Of a DNA stretch of 64,000 nt, positions 45,952 through 55,740 are shown piece by piece. The stretch comes from an uncultured Gammaproteobacteria bacterium. GTDB taxonomy: Bacteria; Patescibacteriota; Patescibacteriia; Magasanikbacterales; UBA922. Location of the stretch: positions 676 to 64,675 of the forward strand of contig CAYSXR010000004.1 of assembly GCA_964435035.1 (NCBI GenBank). Direction: 5' to 3'. A model generated the notes under the pieces. The model saw nothing but the letters and a program-made list of their open reading frames with translations. It searched no databases and was not told the DNA's origin. The position numbers and the translations under genes are program-made. Position 1 is the stretch's first letter. Each line of letters begins with the position of its first letter.

Positions 45952-47148
45952 TTGTTAATTATTATGATGCTAAAACAAACGGTATCAGAAGAGATTGTAC
46001 ATTTCCGTGGTTTATTCCAGCGGCGTATTGGTTTGTGGCAAGGAGTTGCGTTAATTGTGAGCGGAACGATTGGAGCAGGAGTATTGGGACTTCCATATGC
46101 AATTTCTCGCTCAGGAGCCATAGTCGGTTTTTTGTATATTGTGGCTCTTGGTTTGATTATGATGGTCTTGAATTTGATGCTTGGACAATTAGTTTCAATC
46201 CAACCAAAACCACTACAACTTACTGGTCTTGCACGAAAATATTTAGGTGCGTGGGGCGGATATCTGATGACTGCAATACTCTATACTATGCTTGTTGGAG
46301 TGTTATTGGTCTATCTCATTGGTGAAGGTGAGACATTATCTGTGTTATTTGGTGGACCAAGCGAGTATTGGACTATTGGTTTTTTTCTATTGGGTGCAGC
46401 GCTTATTGCTAGTGGCATGAGGACTATAAAACGTGTTGAATCCGTTTTGGTGGTAGGTATACTTGCTGTAGTATTTATGATTATATTGGTGAGTTTTCCT
46501 CAGGTGGATACTGCAAATTTGATTTCATATAATTTTTCTGAATTATTATTTCCGTACGGTGTGGTTCTTTTTGCTTTCCATAGCACTACTTCGATGCCCG
46601 AGGCATATACGATACTCAAAAATAAAAATGGAACGTATAAACATTCAATTGTTTTTGCGGGTATAATTGCGATTTTGGTATATGCTGCTTTTGCATTGCT
46701 TGCTGTTGGAGTTATGGGAGATGCAACACCCGAAATTGCAACGATTGGTTTGGGGGAGTTTATCGGCCATCGAGCTTTTCTATTTGGTAATGTTTTTGCT
46801 CTGTTGGCTATGGGTACGAGTTTCTTGATTACTGCTCTTTCGCTTAGAGATTCGTTGACTTGGGATTATGGAATGCGCGAATGGGTAGCAACGATTGTAG
46901 TGTGTATAGTTCCATTTTTGCTTTTTTATTTTGGTTTACGGAGTTTTATTGCGGTTATTGATATTATTGGGGGAGTATTAGTCACCGCTGAGCTTTTCTT
47001 GATTATTCTCATGTATTGGAGAGCTCATCAAAAGGGAGAATTTAAAGGGGCACGTACTTTTTCACTCCATCGAGTAGGGTTGTTTATTATTCCTGTACTT
47101 CTTGCGCTAGCTATTGGTGCGGTGTATAGTGTGGGGAAACTGTTTTAA
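45952..47148 (+). CDS. Amino acid permease (APC/aromatic amino acid transporter-like, 11-12 TM)
   Basis: GAGVLGLPYA motif typical of amino acid transporters; polytopic. Confidence 0.6.
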   Translation: MLIIMMLKQTVSEEIVHFRGLFQRRIGLWQGVALIVSGTIGAGVLGLPYAISRSGAIVGFLYIVALGLIMMVLNLMLGQLVSIQPKPLQLTGLARKYLGAWGGYLMTAILYTMLVGVLLVYLIGEGETLSVLFGGPSEYWTIGFFLLGAALIASGMRTIKRVESVLVVGILAVVFMIILVSFPQVDTANLISYNFSELLFPYGVVLFAFHSTTSMPEAYTILKNKNGTYKHSIVFAGIIAILVYAAFALLAVGVMGDATPEIATIGLGEFIGHRAFLFGNVFALLAMGTSFLITALSLRDSLTWDYGMREWVATIVVCIVPFLLFYFGLRSFIAVIDIIGGVLVTAELFLIILMYWRAHQKGEFKGARTFSLHRVGLFIIPVLLALAIGAVYSVGKLF

Positions 47149-47236
47149 ACATTGATTACGCAGATTAATATGGATTTAAACAGATTGGATATAATTTTTT
47201 CAGTCTAAATCCGTTTTAATCTGTTTAAATCAATGT
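47149..47236 (+). repeat. Family B structured leader element, copy B4
   Basis: ACATTGATT and AATCAATGT outer stem. GATTTAAACAGATT pairs perfectly with AATCTGTTTAAATC (14 bp). Ends 3 nt before the uppP ATG. Confidence 0.7.
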
Positions 47237-47239
47237 TGT

Positions 47240-48040
47240 ATGACTATACTTCAGGCAATTGTTCTCGGTATTGTACAGGGTCTATGTGAATTTTTGCCGA
47301 TTTCTTCATCAGGGCACTTGATTTTAGTACCCGTTATTTTTGGGTGGGATGTGCAAGATCAATCATTTGATATTGTGCTGCATGTTGCGACATTGGTTGC
47401 AGTTGTACTTTTTTTCCGCACTACGGTCGCACGAATTTTTCGAGCACTTATTCATTTTAAGCAGCCTACCGTAGATCGAAATATAGGATTTGCGGTTATT
47501 ATTTCAACTATTCCTGCTGCGTTTGTGGGATTATTATTTGGGAATAAAATTGAATCTGCATTTCGATCGCCTCAGTCAGTTGCAATTAGTTTGATTCTTG
47601 GTGCGGGCATACTATTTGTAGCAGATCGTTACATTCATCATCGTCACGAAACACATCCTATTTCTAAAATTACTTTTCGTAATGCAATGGTGGTTGGGTT
47701 TGCACAAGTCTTGGCTTTTGTTCCTGGTATGAGCAGATCAGGGGTGACGATCTCTGCAGCGTTATTACAAAATTTTTCAAAGACTGCTGCTGCAGAATTT
47801 TCATTTTTAATGAGTATTCCTATTATTACTTTGGCTGGAGCTTCAGCTTTGAAGGATATGGTGGGCACAGGGGGGATTACCTATGGAATACCGATTTTGA
47901 TTGTCGGCTTTATTGCGGCCATGCTTAGTGGGCTTTTCTCTATCTGGCTTACTCTTACCGTGATACGAAAAGTGAGCTTTATTCCTTTCGTTATTTATCG
48001 GATTATTATTGCGGGAGTTATTATAGCGTTGTTTGTTTAG
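47240..48040 (+). CDS. uppP: Undecaprenyl-diphosphatase
   Basis: GLCEFLPISSSGHL and PGMSRSG motifs. Confidence 0.9.
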   Translation: MTILQAIVLGIVQGLCEFLPISSSGHLILVPVIFGWDVQDQSFDIVLHVATLVAVVLFFRTTVARIFRALIHFKQPTVDRNIGFAVIISTIPAAFVGLLFGNKIESAFRSPQSVAISLILGAGILFVADRYIHHRHETHPISKITFRNAMVVGFAQVLAFVPGMSRSGVTISAALLQNFSKTAAAEFSFLMSIPIITLAGASALKDMVGTGGITYGIPILIVGFIAAMLSGLFSIWLTLTVIRKVSFIPFVIYRIIIAGVIIALFV

Positions 48041-48043
48041 TAC

Positions 48044-48092
48044 TTGACGGAAGTTCTTTAAAAGAGTATGATAAGTATGATTTTTCATACTT
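48044..48092 (+). promoter_or_regulatory. Promoter plus palindromic operator of the AbrB-family gene
   Basis: TTGACG, 17 nt, TATGAT; then the palindrome AGTATGA-ttttt-TCATACT spanning the +1 region. Confidence 0.5.
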
Positions 48093-48096
48093 TTTT

Positions 48097-48342
48097 ATGC
48101 CATCAACCAAAAAAGATTTGAACATATACGGGACATGTCATGGTACTACTTCTCTTGGAGAGAGGGGGCAGGTTGTTGTTCCGAAGAAATTAAGATCTAA
48201 GCTTTCTCTTAAGAAAGGTGATAACTTTTTGGTTATTGAAAAAGATGGTGTTATTGTCTTGGCCCCGACGAGTGTAGTTGAGTCGATGATTTCTAATTTA
48301 TCAAACTTAAGTGAAGAATTAAAAAATTCACATATATCATAA
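48097..48342 (+). CDS. AbrB/MazE/SpoVT-family swapped-hairpin DNA-binding protein
   Basis: ERGQVVVPKKLRSKLSLKKGDNFLVIEKDGVIVLAP. Confidence 0.7.
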   Translation: MPSTKKDLNIYGTCHGTTSLGERGQVVVPKKLRSKLSLKKGDNFLVIEKDGVIVLAPTSVVESMISNLSNLSEELKNSHIS

Positions 48343-48356
48343 TATACACGATTACT

Positions 48357-50009
48357 ATGAGCACACCTGCACAACTGTCTACAGTCAAACCTTGGTACAA
48401 AAAGAAATGGATCTATATAGTGGGAATTATTGTTCTTCTTGTCGGGGGCTATGTTTTTTCACAGTCACAAAAACAAAACAAAGGACCTTCGTATGAGACT
48501 TTTGTAGTTGAACGAGGGACGTTAACTCAGACTGTTGATGCTTCGGGAAACGTAAAATCAGCAGACGAACTTGATTTACGTTTTGAATCCAGCGGTCGAA
48601 TCGCAAAAATTTATACCGAGATTGATGCGCAAGTTCGTGCAGGAGCATTATTAGCTGATCTAAATTTGAGTGAAGTTAATGCTCGAATTGGGGAGGCAAG
48701 TGCTGGTGTAGGACAAGCTCAGGCTAATTTGTCCCAGATCAAAGCTGCGGGACAGGATGCAATTACGAATGCCAAAGCTGCTGTTGAAAAAGCACTGATT
48801 AATTTGAAATTATCTGAAGGTGGAATGAATAGTGAAATTGTTCGAGATACGTATAATGATGCTTTTGCGCTCATGGTACAGATTCAAGCAACCGTGTCTC
48901 AAGCAATCACGGCGGTTGATAATATTTTGGGCATTGATAATGAATTTGTAAATGATGTGTTTGAAACACAGCTTGGTGTTCAGAAACCAAGTACACTTAT
49001 TTCTGCTCGCAATCAATACCTACTTGCAACCATTGATCAAAATGCTTTTGATGCAAAAGCAAATTCGCTTTCTCTCGCTTCTTCTCAGGCTGATATTGAT
49101 GCGGCGATTATGGTGGCTGATAAAGTACTTACTTCTACCAAAGATTTATTGTATCAGGTTTCTGAAGTTCTTAATACATCGCCAGCAGTTGGTGGTTTGA
49201 CTCAGACTCTTCTTGATACAATGAAATCTTCGATTTCTTCTGAACGTTCTCTTGTTACGGCTAAACTCACTTCTCTTATTTCGCAGAGACAGGCAATTCA
49301 GGATGCAAAAAATAGTTATACTACAAATAGCGTTCTTTATGAACAAGCAAAACAGAATTTGATTAATGCGGAGAATAAGGCTGTGGCAGATGTAGCTGCG
49401 TATGAAGCGTCTATTCGATCTTCGCAAGCATCAGTTGGTGCAGCGGTTGCTAGTCGGAATAAATCTCGTATTGTCGCACCGATTGCAGGTAAGGTTGCTA
49501 AGGTGGCATTTAAGCCAGGTGAATTTGTAACGAGTCAAGATGCGGTGATAAAGCTTGTAAGTCCTCGTTTTGAAGTCAAAGTGGATATCCCAGAAACTGA
49601 TATTGTAAAAATTGCGAACGGAGTTTCAACTACAGTGACGCTTGATGCGTATGGAAATGATGTAAAATTTACTGGAGTGGTAACTGAAATTGAAACGGGT
49701 GAAACAGTGATACAAGATGTGGTGTATTATAAAGTTACCGTAGTACTTGAAGAAAAAACTGAATATCAGATATTAAATGGTATGACTGCTGACGTAATGT
49801 TCTTTACTGAAAATAAAGATAATGTTCTCTTTATTCCTCAACGAGCGATTCGTTCTGAAGATGTCAAAAAAATGGTTCGTATTCTTGAAAATGGACAAGT
49901 CCGTGAAGTGGAAGTGGTTACCGGACTTCGAGGAGATGATGGATTGATTGAAATTGTGTCTGGACTTGAACCAGGTCAGGAAATTGTAATTCGTGAGAAA
50001 GCGGAGTAG
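48357..50009 (+). CDS. Periplasmic adaptor / membrane fusion protein (HlyD/MacA family)
   Basis: N-terminal TM, long coiled-coil, beta-barrel and lipoyl-like motifs (RIVAPIAGKVAKV). Confidence 0.75.
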   Translation: MSTPAQLSTVKPWYKKKWIYIVGIIVLLVGGYVFSQSQKQNKGPSYETFVVERGTLTQTVDASGNVKSADELDLRFESSGRIAKIYTEIDAQVRAGALLADLNLSEVNARIGEASAGVGQAQANLSQIKAAGQDAITNAKAAVEKALINLKLSEGGMNSEIVRDTYNDAFALMVQIQATVSQAITAVDNILGIDNEFVNDVFETQLGVQKPSTLISARNQYLLATIDQNAFDAKANSLSLASSQADIDAAIMVADKVLTSTKDLLYQVSEVLNTSPAVGGLTQTLLDTMKSSISSERSLVTAKLTSLISQRQAIQDAKNSYTTNSVLYEQAKQNLINAENKAVADVAAYEASIRSSQASVGAAVASRNKSRIVAPIAGKVAKVAFKPGEFVTSQDAVIKLVSPRFEVKVDIPETDIVKIANGVSTTVTLDAYGNDVKFTGVVTEIETGETVIQDVVYYKVTVVLEEKTEYQILNGMTADVMFFTENKDNVLFIPQRAIRSEDVKKMVRILENGQVREVEVVTGLRGDDGLIEIVSGLEPGQEIVIREKAE

Positions 50010-50016
50010 GTCATAC

Positions 50017-50135
50017 ACATGAATTCAAATTATTCTAATTATACTAATTGATCTAATTATTCTAAGGGTCTGTAGTGAGTTAGAAATATTATATATTTTG
50101 AATTTTTTAGAGTATTTAGGTTAATTAGAATAATT
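50017..50135. repeat. Family A iteron palindrome, copy A4
   Basis: AATTATTCT, AATTATACT, AATTGATCT, AATTATTCT ... AGAGTATTT, AGGTTAATT, AGAATAATT, AGGAATTCT. Confidence 0.7.
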
Positions 50136-50151
50136 AGGAATTCTTTCTGTT

Positions 50152-51603
50152 ATGATTGATCTCGCCAAAGTGTATATCACGATTGGAAAACTTGCGGAAG
50201 AGAAAAAAGTCCGTGCGCATGCAGTGGGTGGATTTGTGCGCGATATGTTGATGCATCGAGAATCAGTCAAAGATTTGGATGTAGTGGTCGAAGGTAGCGG
50301 TATTGAGTTTGCCAGGGCTTTCGATGAAGCAGTAAAACAAGAGGGAAGTCTGATTGAATTTTCTGATTTCGATACTGCGCGATATGTCTATACGACTGAG
50401 CAGGAGGATGGAAAAACTGAAAAAGTATTTGAACTTGAATTTGCGGGAGCGCGTAGTGAAGCATATAATGAGACTTCACGAAAACCTAAAGTGGTGTCAA
50501 CTACTCTCGAAGAGGATTTGAAGCGACGTGATTTTACGGTTAATGCTCTTGCATTACCGATTACTTCTCTCGGATTGGGTAATGAAATTATTGATCCCTT
50601 TGATGGAGCAATCGATATCGAAAAAAAAATACTTCGAACACCACTTGATCCTGATACGACATTTTCTGAAGATCCGCTTCGTATGCTTCGTGCGGCACGA
50701 TTTGCTTCACAGCTCGGATTTACTATTGAAGATACTGCGTATGATGCAATTACGCGTAATCGTGAACGATTGAAGATTGTATCAAAAGAGCGTGTGTGTG
50801 AAGAATTTTTTAAACTCCTTGCTACGCCGATTCCATCAGTCGGGTTGTGGATTTTGTATCAAACCGGACTTATTAATGAATTTCTTCCTGAGGTAAGTGA
50901 GTTGAATGGAGTTGAAGAATTGTACGGTCATCAGCATAAGAATAATCTCGTGCATACCTTTAAAGTGGTTGATAACATTTCTGAGCGTACGGAGAATGTA
51001 TTACTTCGATTTGCTGCACTCATGCATGATATTGGAAAACCTGGAACCAAATCATTTATTGCTGGTCGTGGTTGGGCTTTTGATATGCATGAACATTTGG
51101 GTCGAAAAATTGTACGTGATGTGGGGCGACGACTTCGAATGAGTAAGAGTGATATCGAATATGTGGCACTGTTGGTACGCTGGCATCAGCAGCCAATTGC
51201 ACTTATGGATGATGGGGTGACTGATAGTCCTGTTCGACGTTTGATTGTAAATTTGAAAGATAAACTTGATGATTTGCTCACACTTTGTCGAAGTGATATC
51301 ACTACTGGAAATCCATATAAGCTCAAGAAACGATTGAAAAATTATGATTTCCTTGAAAAGCGTATTGTAGAAGTAACTGAAAAAGACAAGCTTCGTGCGT
51401 TTCAGTCGCCTGTGCGTGGAGAGGAGATTATGGAGTTGACTCAGCTCAAAGCTGGTCCTACGATTGGAAAAATTAAGAAAGCTTTAGAAAATGCAATTCT
51501 TGATGGAAAAGTAGAGAACGATTATGAAAAAGTAAAAGAATATTTTTTCTCGATTAAAGATGAGTATATGAGTCAAGCGGAGGAATGGGAAAAACAAAAT
51601 TAG
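50152..51603 (+). CDS. cca: CCA-adding tRNA nucleotidyltransferase / poly(A) polymerase family with a C-terminal HD domain
   Basis: GGFVRDMLMHR...DLDVV head domain; RDFTVNALA; HD motif LMHDIGK. Confidence 0.85.
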   Translation: MIDLAKVYITIGKLAEEKKVRAHAVGGFVRDMLMHRESVKDLDVVVEGSGIEFARAFDEAVKQEGSLIEFSDFDTARYVYTTEQEDGKTEKVFELEFAGARSEAYNETSRKPKVVSTTLEEDLKRRDFTVNALALPITSLGLGNEIIDPFDGAIDIEKKILRTPLDPDTTFSEDPLRMLRAARFASQLGFTIEDTAYDAITRNRERLKIVSKERVCEEFFKLLATPIPSVGLWILYQTGLINEFLPEVSELNGVEELYGHQHKNNLVHTFKVVDNISERTENVLLRFAALMHDIGKPGTKSFIAGRGWAFDMHEHLGRKIVRDVGRRLRMSKSDIEYVALLVRWHQQPIALMDDGVTDSPVRRLIVNLKDKLDDLLTLCRSDITTGNPYKLKKRLKNYDFLEKRIVEVTEKDKLRAFQSPVRGEEIMELTQLKAGPTIGKIKKALENAILDGKVENDYEKVKEYFFSIKDEYMSQAEEWEKQN

Positions 51604-51620
51604 GTCAATTAGAATAATTA
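51600..51620 (+). repeat. Family A half-element (right arm only), copy A5, overlapping the cca stop and 6 nt before the next ATG
   Basis: TTAGGTCAATT, AGAATAATT. Confidence 0.55.
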
Positions 51621-51626
51621 CTTGCT

Positions 51627-52352
51627 ATGTCCAAACTTATTGAAGTCAAAAATTTGAAAAAGCAGTACGAAAACGAGGAGGTAGTTACCAAAATTTTACA
51701 TGGAGTGACTTTTGATATTGATAAAGGTGAATTTGTTTCTATCATGGGTCCGTCTGGATCAGGAAAGTCTACACTTATGCATATTTTGGGTTTTCTTGAT
51801 ACCTTGTCTGAAGGAACGTTCTTTTTTGAAGGACAAGATGTAAGCATGCTTAGGGATGATCAGCTTGCTATCATGCGCAGCAAAAAAATTGGGTTTGTGT
51901 TTCAGGCATTTAATTTGCTCAATCGCTCGACGACACTCGAAAATGTAATGCTTCCACTGCTCTATACTGATGTGCCAAAGAAAGAGCGAATTCAGCGCGC
52001 AACCGAGCTTTTGAATCAGGTGGGATTGGGACACCGACTTGAATATTCCCCAAATAAATTATCTGGTGGTGAAAAGCAACGTGTTGCTATCGCGCGAGCG
52101 CTCGTTAATAATCCAGAAGTTATTTTTGCAGATGAGCCAACGGGAAATTTGGATTCAAAGTCTGGATTGCAAGTTATGAAGATTTTACAAGATTTGAATG
52201 AAAAAGGTCATAGTATTATTCTCGTAACTCATGAAAAGTATACTGCTGAACACGCGAAACGTATTATTCGCCTCAAAGATGGTGTCATTGAGTATGACAA
52301 GGAGGTTGAACAACGACAGCTCGCCGGAGAGAATGTGACACTTATGAAGTAG
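51627..52352 (+). CDS. ABC transporter ATP-binding protein, MacB/LolD type
   Basis: [38 protein letters not shown]. Confidence 0.9.
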   Translation: MSKLIEVKNLKKQYENEEVVTKILHGVTFDIDKGEFVSIMGPSGSGKSTLMHILGFLDTLSEGTFFFEGQDVSMLRDDQLAIMRSKKIGFVFQAFNLLNRSTTLENVMLPLLYTDVPKKERIQRATELLNQVGLGHRLEYSPNKLSGGEKQRVAIARALVNNPEVIFADEPTGNLDSKSGLQVMKILQDLNEKGHSIILVTHEKYTAEHAKRIIRLKDGVIEYDKEVEQRQLAGENVTLMK

Positions 52353-52380
52353 TATTTTTTATAGAACATGTTTATTGTCT

Positions 52381-53619
52381 ATGGATTTTTTGGAAAGCAC
52401 AACTAATGCCTGGAAAATAATTACTCGAAGCAAGGCTCGATCTTTTTTGACCATGCTTGGTATTGTTATTGGTGTTATGGCTGTGATTATTGTGATGTCT
52501 GTTGGTGCAGGCGCTCAAAGTCTTATTCTTAATCAAGTAAAAGGGTTGGGGTCAAATTTGGTAGTTGTATTGCCTGGTGCTTCTGAAAATGATGGTCCAC
52601 CTGCCTCAGCACTTGGAATTGTGGTCACGACGCTTACATCGGAAGATGGGGAAGTAATTATGAGGGATGCATGTCCTTGTATCGAAGATTTGGCAGTATA
52701 TGTAACGGGCAATGATATTATTACTTCAGAAGCATATACGACGAGAGGTAATTACACGGGCACGAGTGCATCATATATACGAGTAGAAGATACTCAAGTT
52801 GAAACTGGTAGATTTTTTTCAGAAGATGAAGAAAAGAATTTTGCTCATGTGGTAGTACTTGGATCGGGAATCAAAAATGAATTATTTGAAAATAGTGATG
52901 CTATTGGTGAGCGTATTAGAATCGGCAAGGTGAGTTTTACGGTGATTGGTGTGATGAAACAGCGTGGGGTTTCTGGTTTCCAAAATCAAGATGATCAACT
53001 TTTTATTCCAGCAAGTGCTGCTCAAAAATTATTGTTGGGTGTCAATCACGTGAATTACATACGAATGAAAGTGGATAGTCCAGAGAATGTAGATGGTGCT
53101 ATGGAAGAGGTGAGGGCATTGCTCCGTGACAGACATGATATCAAGCCAGATGAGGATGCTGATTTTTCGGTACGATCGACAGCAGAGGGTTTGAGTGCAC
53201 TTACTAATATTACTAATGCATTGAAATTTTTTCTTGTTGCAATTGCAAGTATTGCATTGGTTGTTGGGGGATTTGGTATTATGAATATCATGCTTGCGAC
53301 CGTGCAAGAACGTACACGAGAGATTGGGTTGAGAAAAGCTGTAGGAGCGACTTCCAGACAAATTACATTTCAGTTTTTAATAGAATCAGTGGTGATTACG
53401 TTTGTCGGAGGAACGATTGGTCTTGTATTGGGAATACTGATTTCTATCATTGTTGCACAGGTTGCTCAAAAGTTGGGATATTCCTGGGATTTGGTTATTA
53501 CGGTTGGTTCAATCGTACTTGGGTGGGGAGTGTCTGTTGGAATCGGTCTCATGTTTGGAATATTACCTGCACGGCGTGCAAGCAAATTGAATGCGATTGA
53601 GGCTTTACGATATGAATAA
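52381..53619 (+). CDS. ABC transporter permease, MacB/FtsX type
   Basis: MacB periplasmic core plus FtsX 4-TM; ATG at 52381 preferred over the TTG at 52375. Confidence 0.8.
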   Translation: MDFLESTTNAWKIITRSKARSFLTMLGIVIGVMAVIIVMSVGAGAQSLILNQVKGLGSNLVVVLPGASENDGPPASALGIVVTTLTSEDGEVIMRDACPCIEDLAVYVTGNDIITSEAYTTRGNYTGTSASYIRVEDTQVETGRFFSEDEEKNFAHVVVLGSGIKNELFENSDAIGERIRIGKVSFTVIGVMKQRGVSGFQNQDDQLFIPASAAQKLLLGVNHVNYIRMKVDSPENVDGAMEEVRALLRDRHDIKPDEDADFSVRSTAEGLSALTNITNALKFFLVAIASIALVVGGFGIMNIMLATVQERTREIGLRKAVGATSRQITFQFLIESVVITFVGGTIGLVLGILISIIVAQVAQKLGYSWDLVITVGSIVLGWGVSVGIGLMFGILPARRASKLNAIEALRYE

Positions 53620-53630
53620 CATTATCACGT

Positions 53631-54860
53631 ATGATGTTTAAAGATTTATTTACGATTGCATCGGGAGCATTGCTCAGACAGAAAATGCGCACCATTCTTA
53701 CGGTGGTGGCGCTTAGTATTGGTATTGCGTCAGTTGTTATTATTGTTTCTGCAGGTAGAGGATTGGAATCAATGGTTCTTGGTGAATTGGATGTGTATAG
53801 TCCAAACACCATGAATGTCGAGGTGCGTGTCCCCGGTAAATCGGGTGGGGGCATGACGAGTGGAATCACTATTACCACTCTCAAAAATTCGGATATGGAA
53901 GCTCTTATGAAGCATCCAAATATTTCTCTTGCGTATAGTTATGTCACTAGTCAACAAGTTATTAAATATCGTGAAGAAAATCAGACGGTGACTGTATTTG
54001 GATATGGTGCATATGCTGCTGAAGTAGATAATGTAAAAATTTTAGAAGGAAGATTTTATACACCTGATGAAGAAGCATCCTTGGCACAAGTGGTATTTAT
54101 TGGATCAAAAATAAAAGAAGATTTTTTTGGTGATGACACTGCTATTGGTAAAAATATTTTTATCAAAGGAAAATCATTTCGTGTAGTTGGAGTCCAAGAA
54201 CCAATGGGTGCCTCATTTGGGTTTGATATGGATAGTGTCGTCTATATGCCAACTGAGACACTCCAGAAACGTTTTTTGGGTACGGACTATGTGATGGGGA
54301 TTAATGCACACGTGATTGATATGAGTCAGCTTGATTCTACCAAAGAAGATGTGGAAATGCTACTTCGTGAAAGACATGATATCACTGATCCAGATAAAGA
54401 TGATTTTGAGGTCGCTACCATGGATGAGATTAGAGACACACTTGAAACCGTAGTAGGTGGAATCACCTTACTTCTGATTGCTTTGGTATGTATTTCACTT
54501 ATTGTGGGTGGAGTTGGGATTACGAATATTATGTATGTGACAGTCTCTGAGAGAACGTTTGAAATAGGACTTCGTAAATCGCTGGGTGCTAAGTCACGAG
54601 ATATTTTATTACAATTTTTAATCGAAGCCATGCTCCTTACTTCCATGGGGGGTATCGTGGGGGTAATTTTTGGAGTATTAATTTCATATCTTGTATATCT
54701 TATTGCGACTAGTGTGGGGCTTAATTGGGTTTTTGCTGTACCATTGTATGCCGTGGTACTTGCGATTGGTTTTTCAACTACGGTAGGTTTGTTTTTTGGG
54801 CTCTATCCAGCAAAGAAGGCTGCACGGCTCAATCCGATCGAGGCATTAAGAAAAGAGTAA
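53631..54860 (+). CDS. ABC transporter permease, MacB/FtsX type (second paralog)
   Basis: Same architecture; about 35% identical to the upstream permease by eye. Confidence 0.8.
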   Translation: MMFKDLFTIASGALLRQKMRTILTVVALSIGIASVVIIVSAGRGLESMVLGELDVYSPNTMNVEVRVPGKSGGGMTSGITITTLKNSDMEALMKHPNISLAYSYVTSQQVIKYREENQTVTVFGYGAYAAEVDNVKILEGRFYTPDEEASLAQVVFIGSKIKEDFFGDDTAIGKNIFIKGKSFRVVGVQEPMGASFGFDMDSVVYMPTETLQKRFLGTDYVMGINAHVIDMSQLDSTKEDVEMLLRERHDITDPDKDDFEVATMDEIRDTLETVVGGITLLLIALVCISLIVGGVGITNIMYVTVSERTFEIGLRKSLGAKSRDILLQFLIEAMLLTSMGGIVGVIFGVLISYLVYLIATSVGLNWVFAVPLYAVVLAIGFSTTVGLFFGLYPAKKAARLNPIEALRKE

Positions 54861-54863
54861 ATT

Positions 54864-54963
54864 GAAATTATTCTAATTGTACTAATTGACCTAATAATTC
54901 TAAAATTTAGAATTATTGAAATTTTTTAGGTTAATTAGAATAATTAGAGTACTTAGAATAATT
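54864..54963. repeat. Family A iteron palindrome, copy A6
   Basis: AATTATTCT, AATTGTACT, AATTGACCT, AATAATTCT ... AGGTTAATT, AGAATAATT, AGAGTACTT, AGAATAATT. Confidence 0.7.
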
Positions 54964-54973
54964 TCTCCTTCTC

Positions 54974-55003
54974 TTGCTTTTTTGAGGGATTTTACGCTAT
55001 ACT
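54974..55003 (+). promoter_or_regulatory. Promoter of yidC
   Basis: TTGCTT, 18 nt, TATACT. Confidence 0.45.
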
Positions 55004-55012
55004 TAGGTCATT

Positions 55013-55732
55013 ATGTTCGAATTTATTTGGAACGAAATACTCTATCAGCCATTGTTCAATGTCCTTATCTGGATGTATAACAATGTTACTGATCATAATC
55101 TTGGCTGGGCTGTAATTTTTCTTACACTTGCTCTTCGAGTTTTGATGCTCCCTCTGTCGATTATTTCTGAGTATAATCGTGTGAGAAATCAAGAACTTGC
55201 TGCTGAAATTGATACCATGGGGCAGGATTTCAAATTTGATCCTATTCTCCGGAAGGAACATATTCGAAAACTCGTTAGAGCACGGAAAGTGCATCCTTGG
55301 GCAAAGACACTTGGACTCGCAGTTCAGCTTCTTGTATTGGTACTACTCTATCAAGTGTTCTGGCGTGGAATTACCGGCGAAAAGTTGATTACCTACCTCT
55401 ATGATTGGGTGGATTTTCCAGGGACCATTAATATCATGTTCTACGGCTTTAATTTGGCGGCCCATCATGATATAGTATGGGCGGGAATTGTAGCACTTCT
55501 CATGCTCGTTGAAGTGTATCTCGAGGTGAGACGGAATAAGAATGCACCGACCAAATCAGACCTTTTATATTTTATTTTATTCCCCTTAGCGACGTTCTAT
55601 TTGCTCTGGGTTCTCCCTATGGTAAAATCCCTCTTTGTATTGACTTCTATCCTATTTTCTGCTATAGTCAACCCTTTATTGCATAGTGCAATGAAGCCAA
55701 AAAAGAAGGAAAAAACTGATACTCATCATTAA
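55013..55732 (+). CDS. yidC: Membrane protein insertase YidC (short form)
   Basis: NLGWAVIFLTLALRVLMLPL matches the conserved YidC TM motif (GWAIIL.T...R..L.PL); 5 TM helices. Confidence 0.7.
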   Translation: MFEFIWNEILYQPLFNVLIWMYNNVTDHNLGWAVIFLTLALRVLMLPLSIISEYNRVRNQELAAEIDTMGQDFKFDPILRKEHIRKLVRARKVHPWAKTLGLAVQLLVLVLLYQVFWRGITGEKLITYLYDWVDFPGTINIMFYGFNLAAHHDIVWAGIVALLMLVEVYLEVRRNKNAPTKSDLLYFILFPLATFYLLWVLPMVKSLFVLTSILFSAIVNPLLHSAMKPKKKEKTDTHH

Positions 55733-55740
55733 TATCTTAT

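Noticed and set aside
24-52381. ORF-track starts at GTG/TTG or at far-upstream ATG codons (24, 4343, 7769, 8560, 33488, 38637, 42566, 44837, 52375, 56288, 57280)
   Set aside because: Where an in-frame ATG with promoter, terminator or repeat context lies downstream, that ATG was preferred. The 5' extensions would run into promoters, terminators or repeat elements. The start at 24 was kept only because the true start lies outside the window.
5363-54963. Possibility that Family A repeats are a CRISPR array
   Set aside because: The 9-mers are contiguous (no spacers), degenerate, and arranged as inverted arm pairs dispersed over 50 kb. There are no cas genes and no regular repeat-spacer periodicity.
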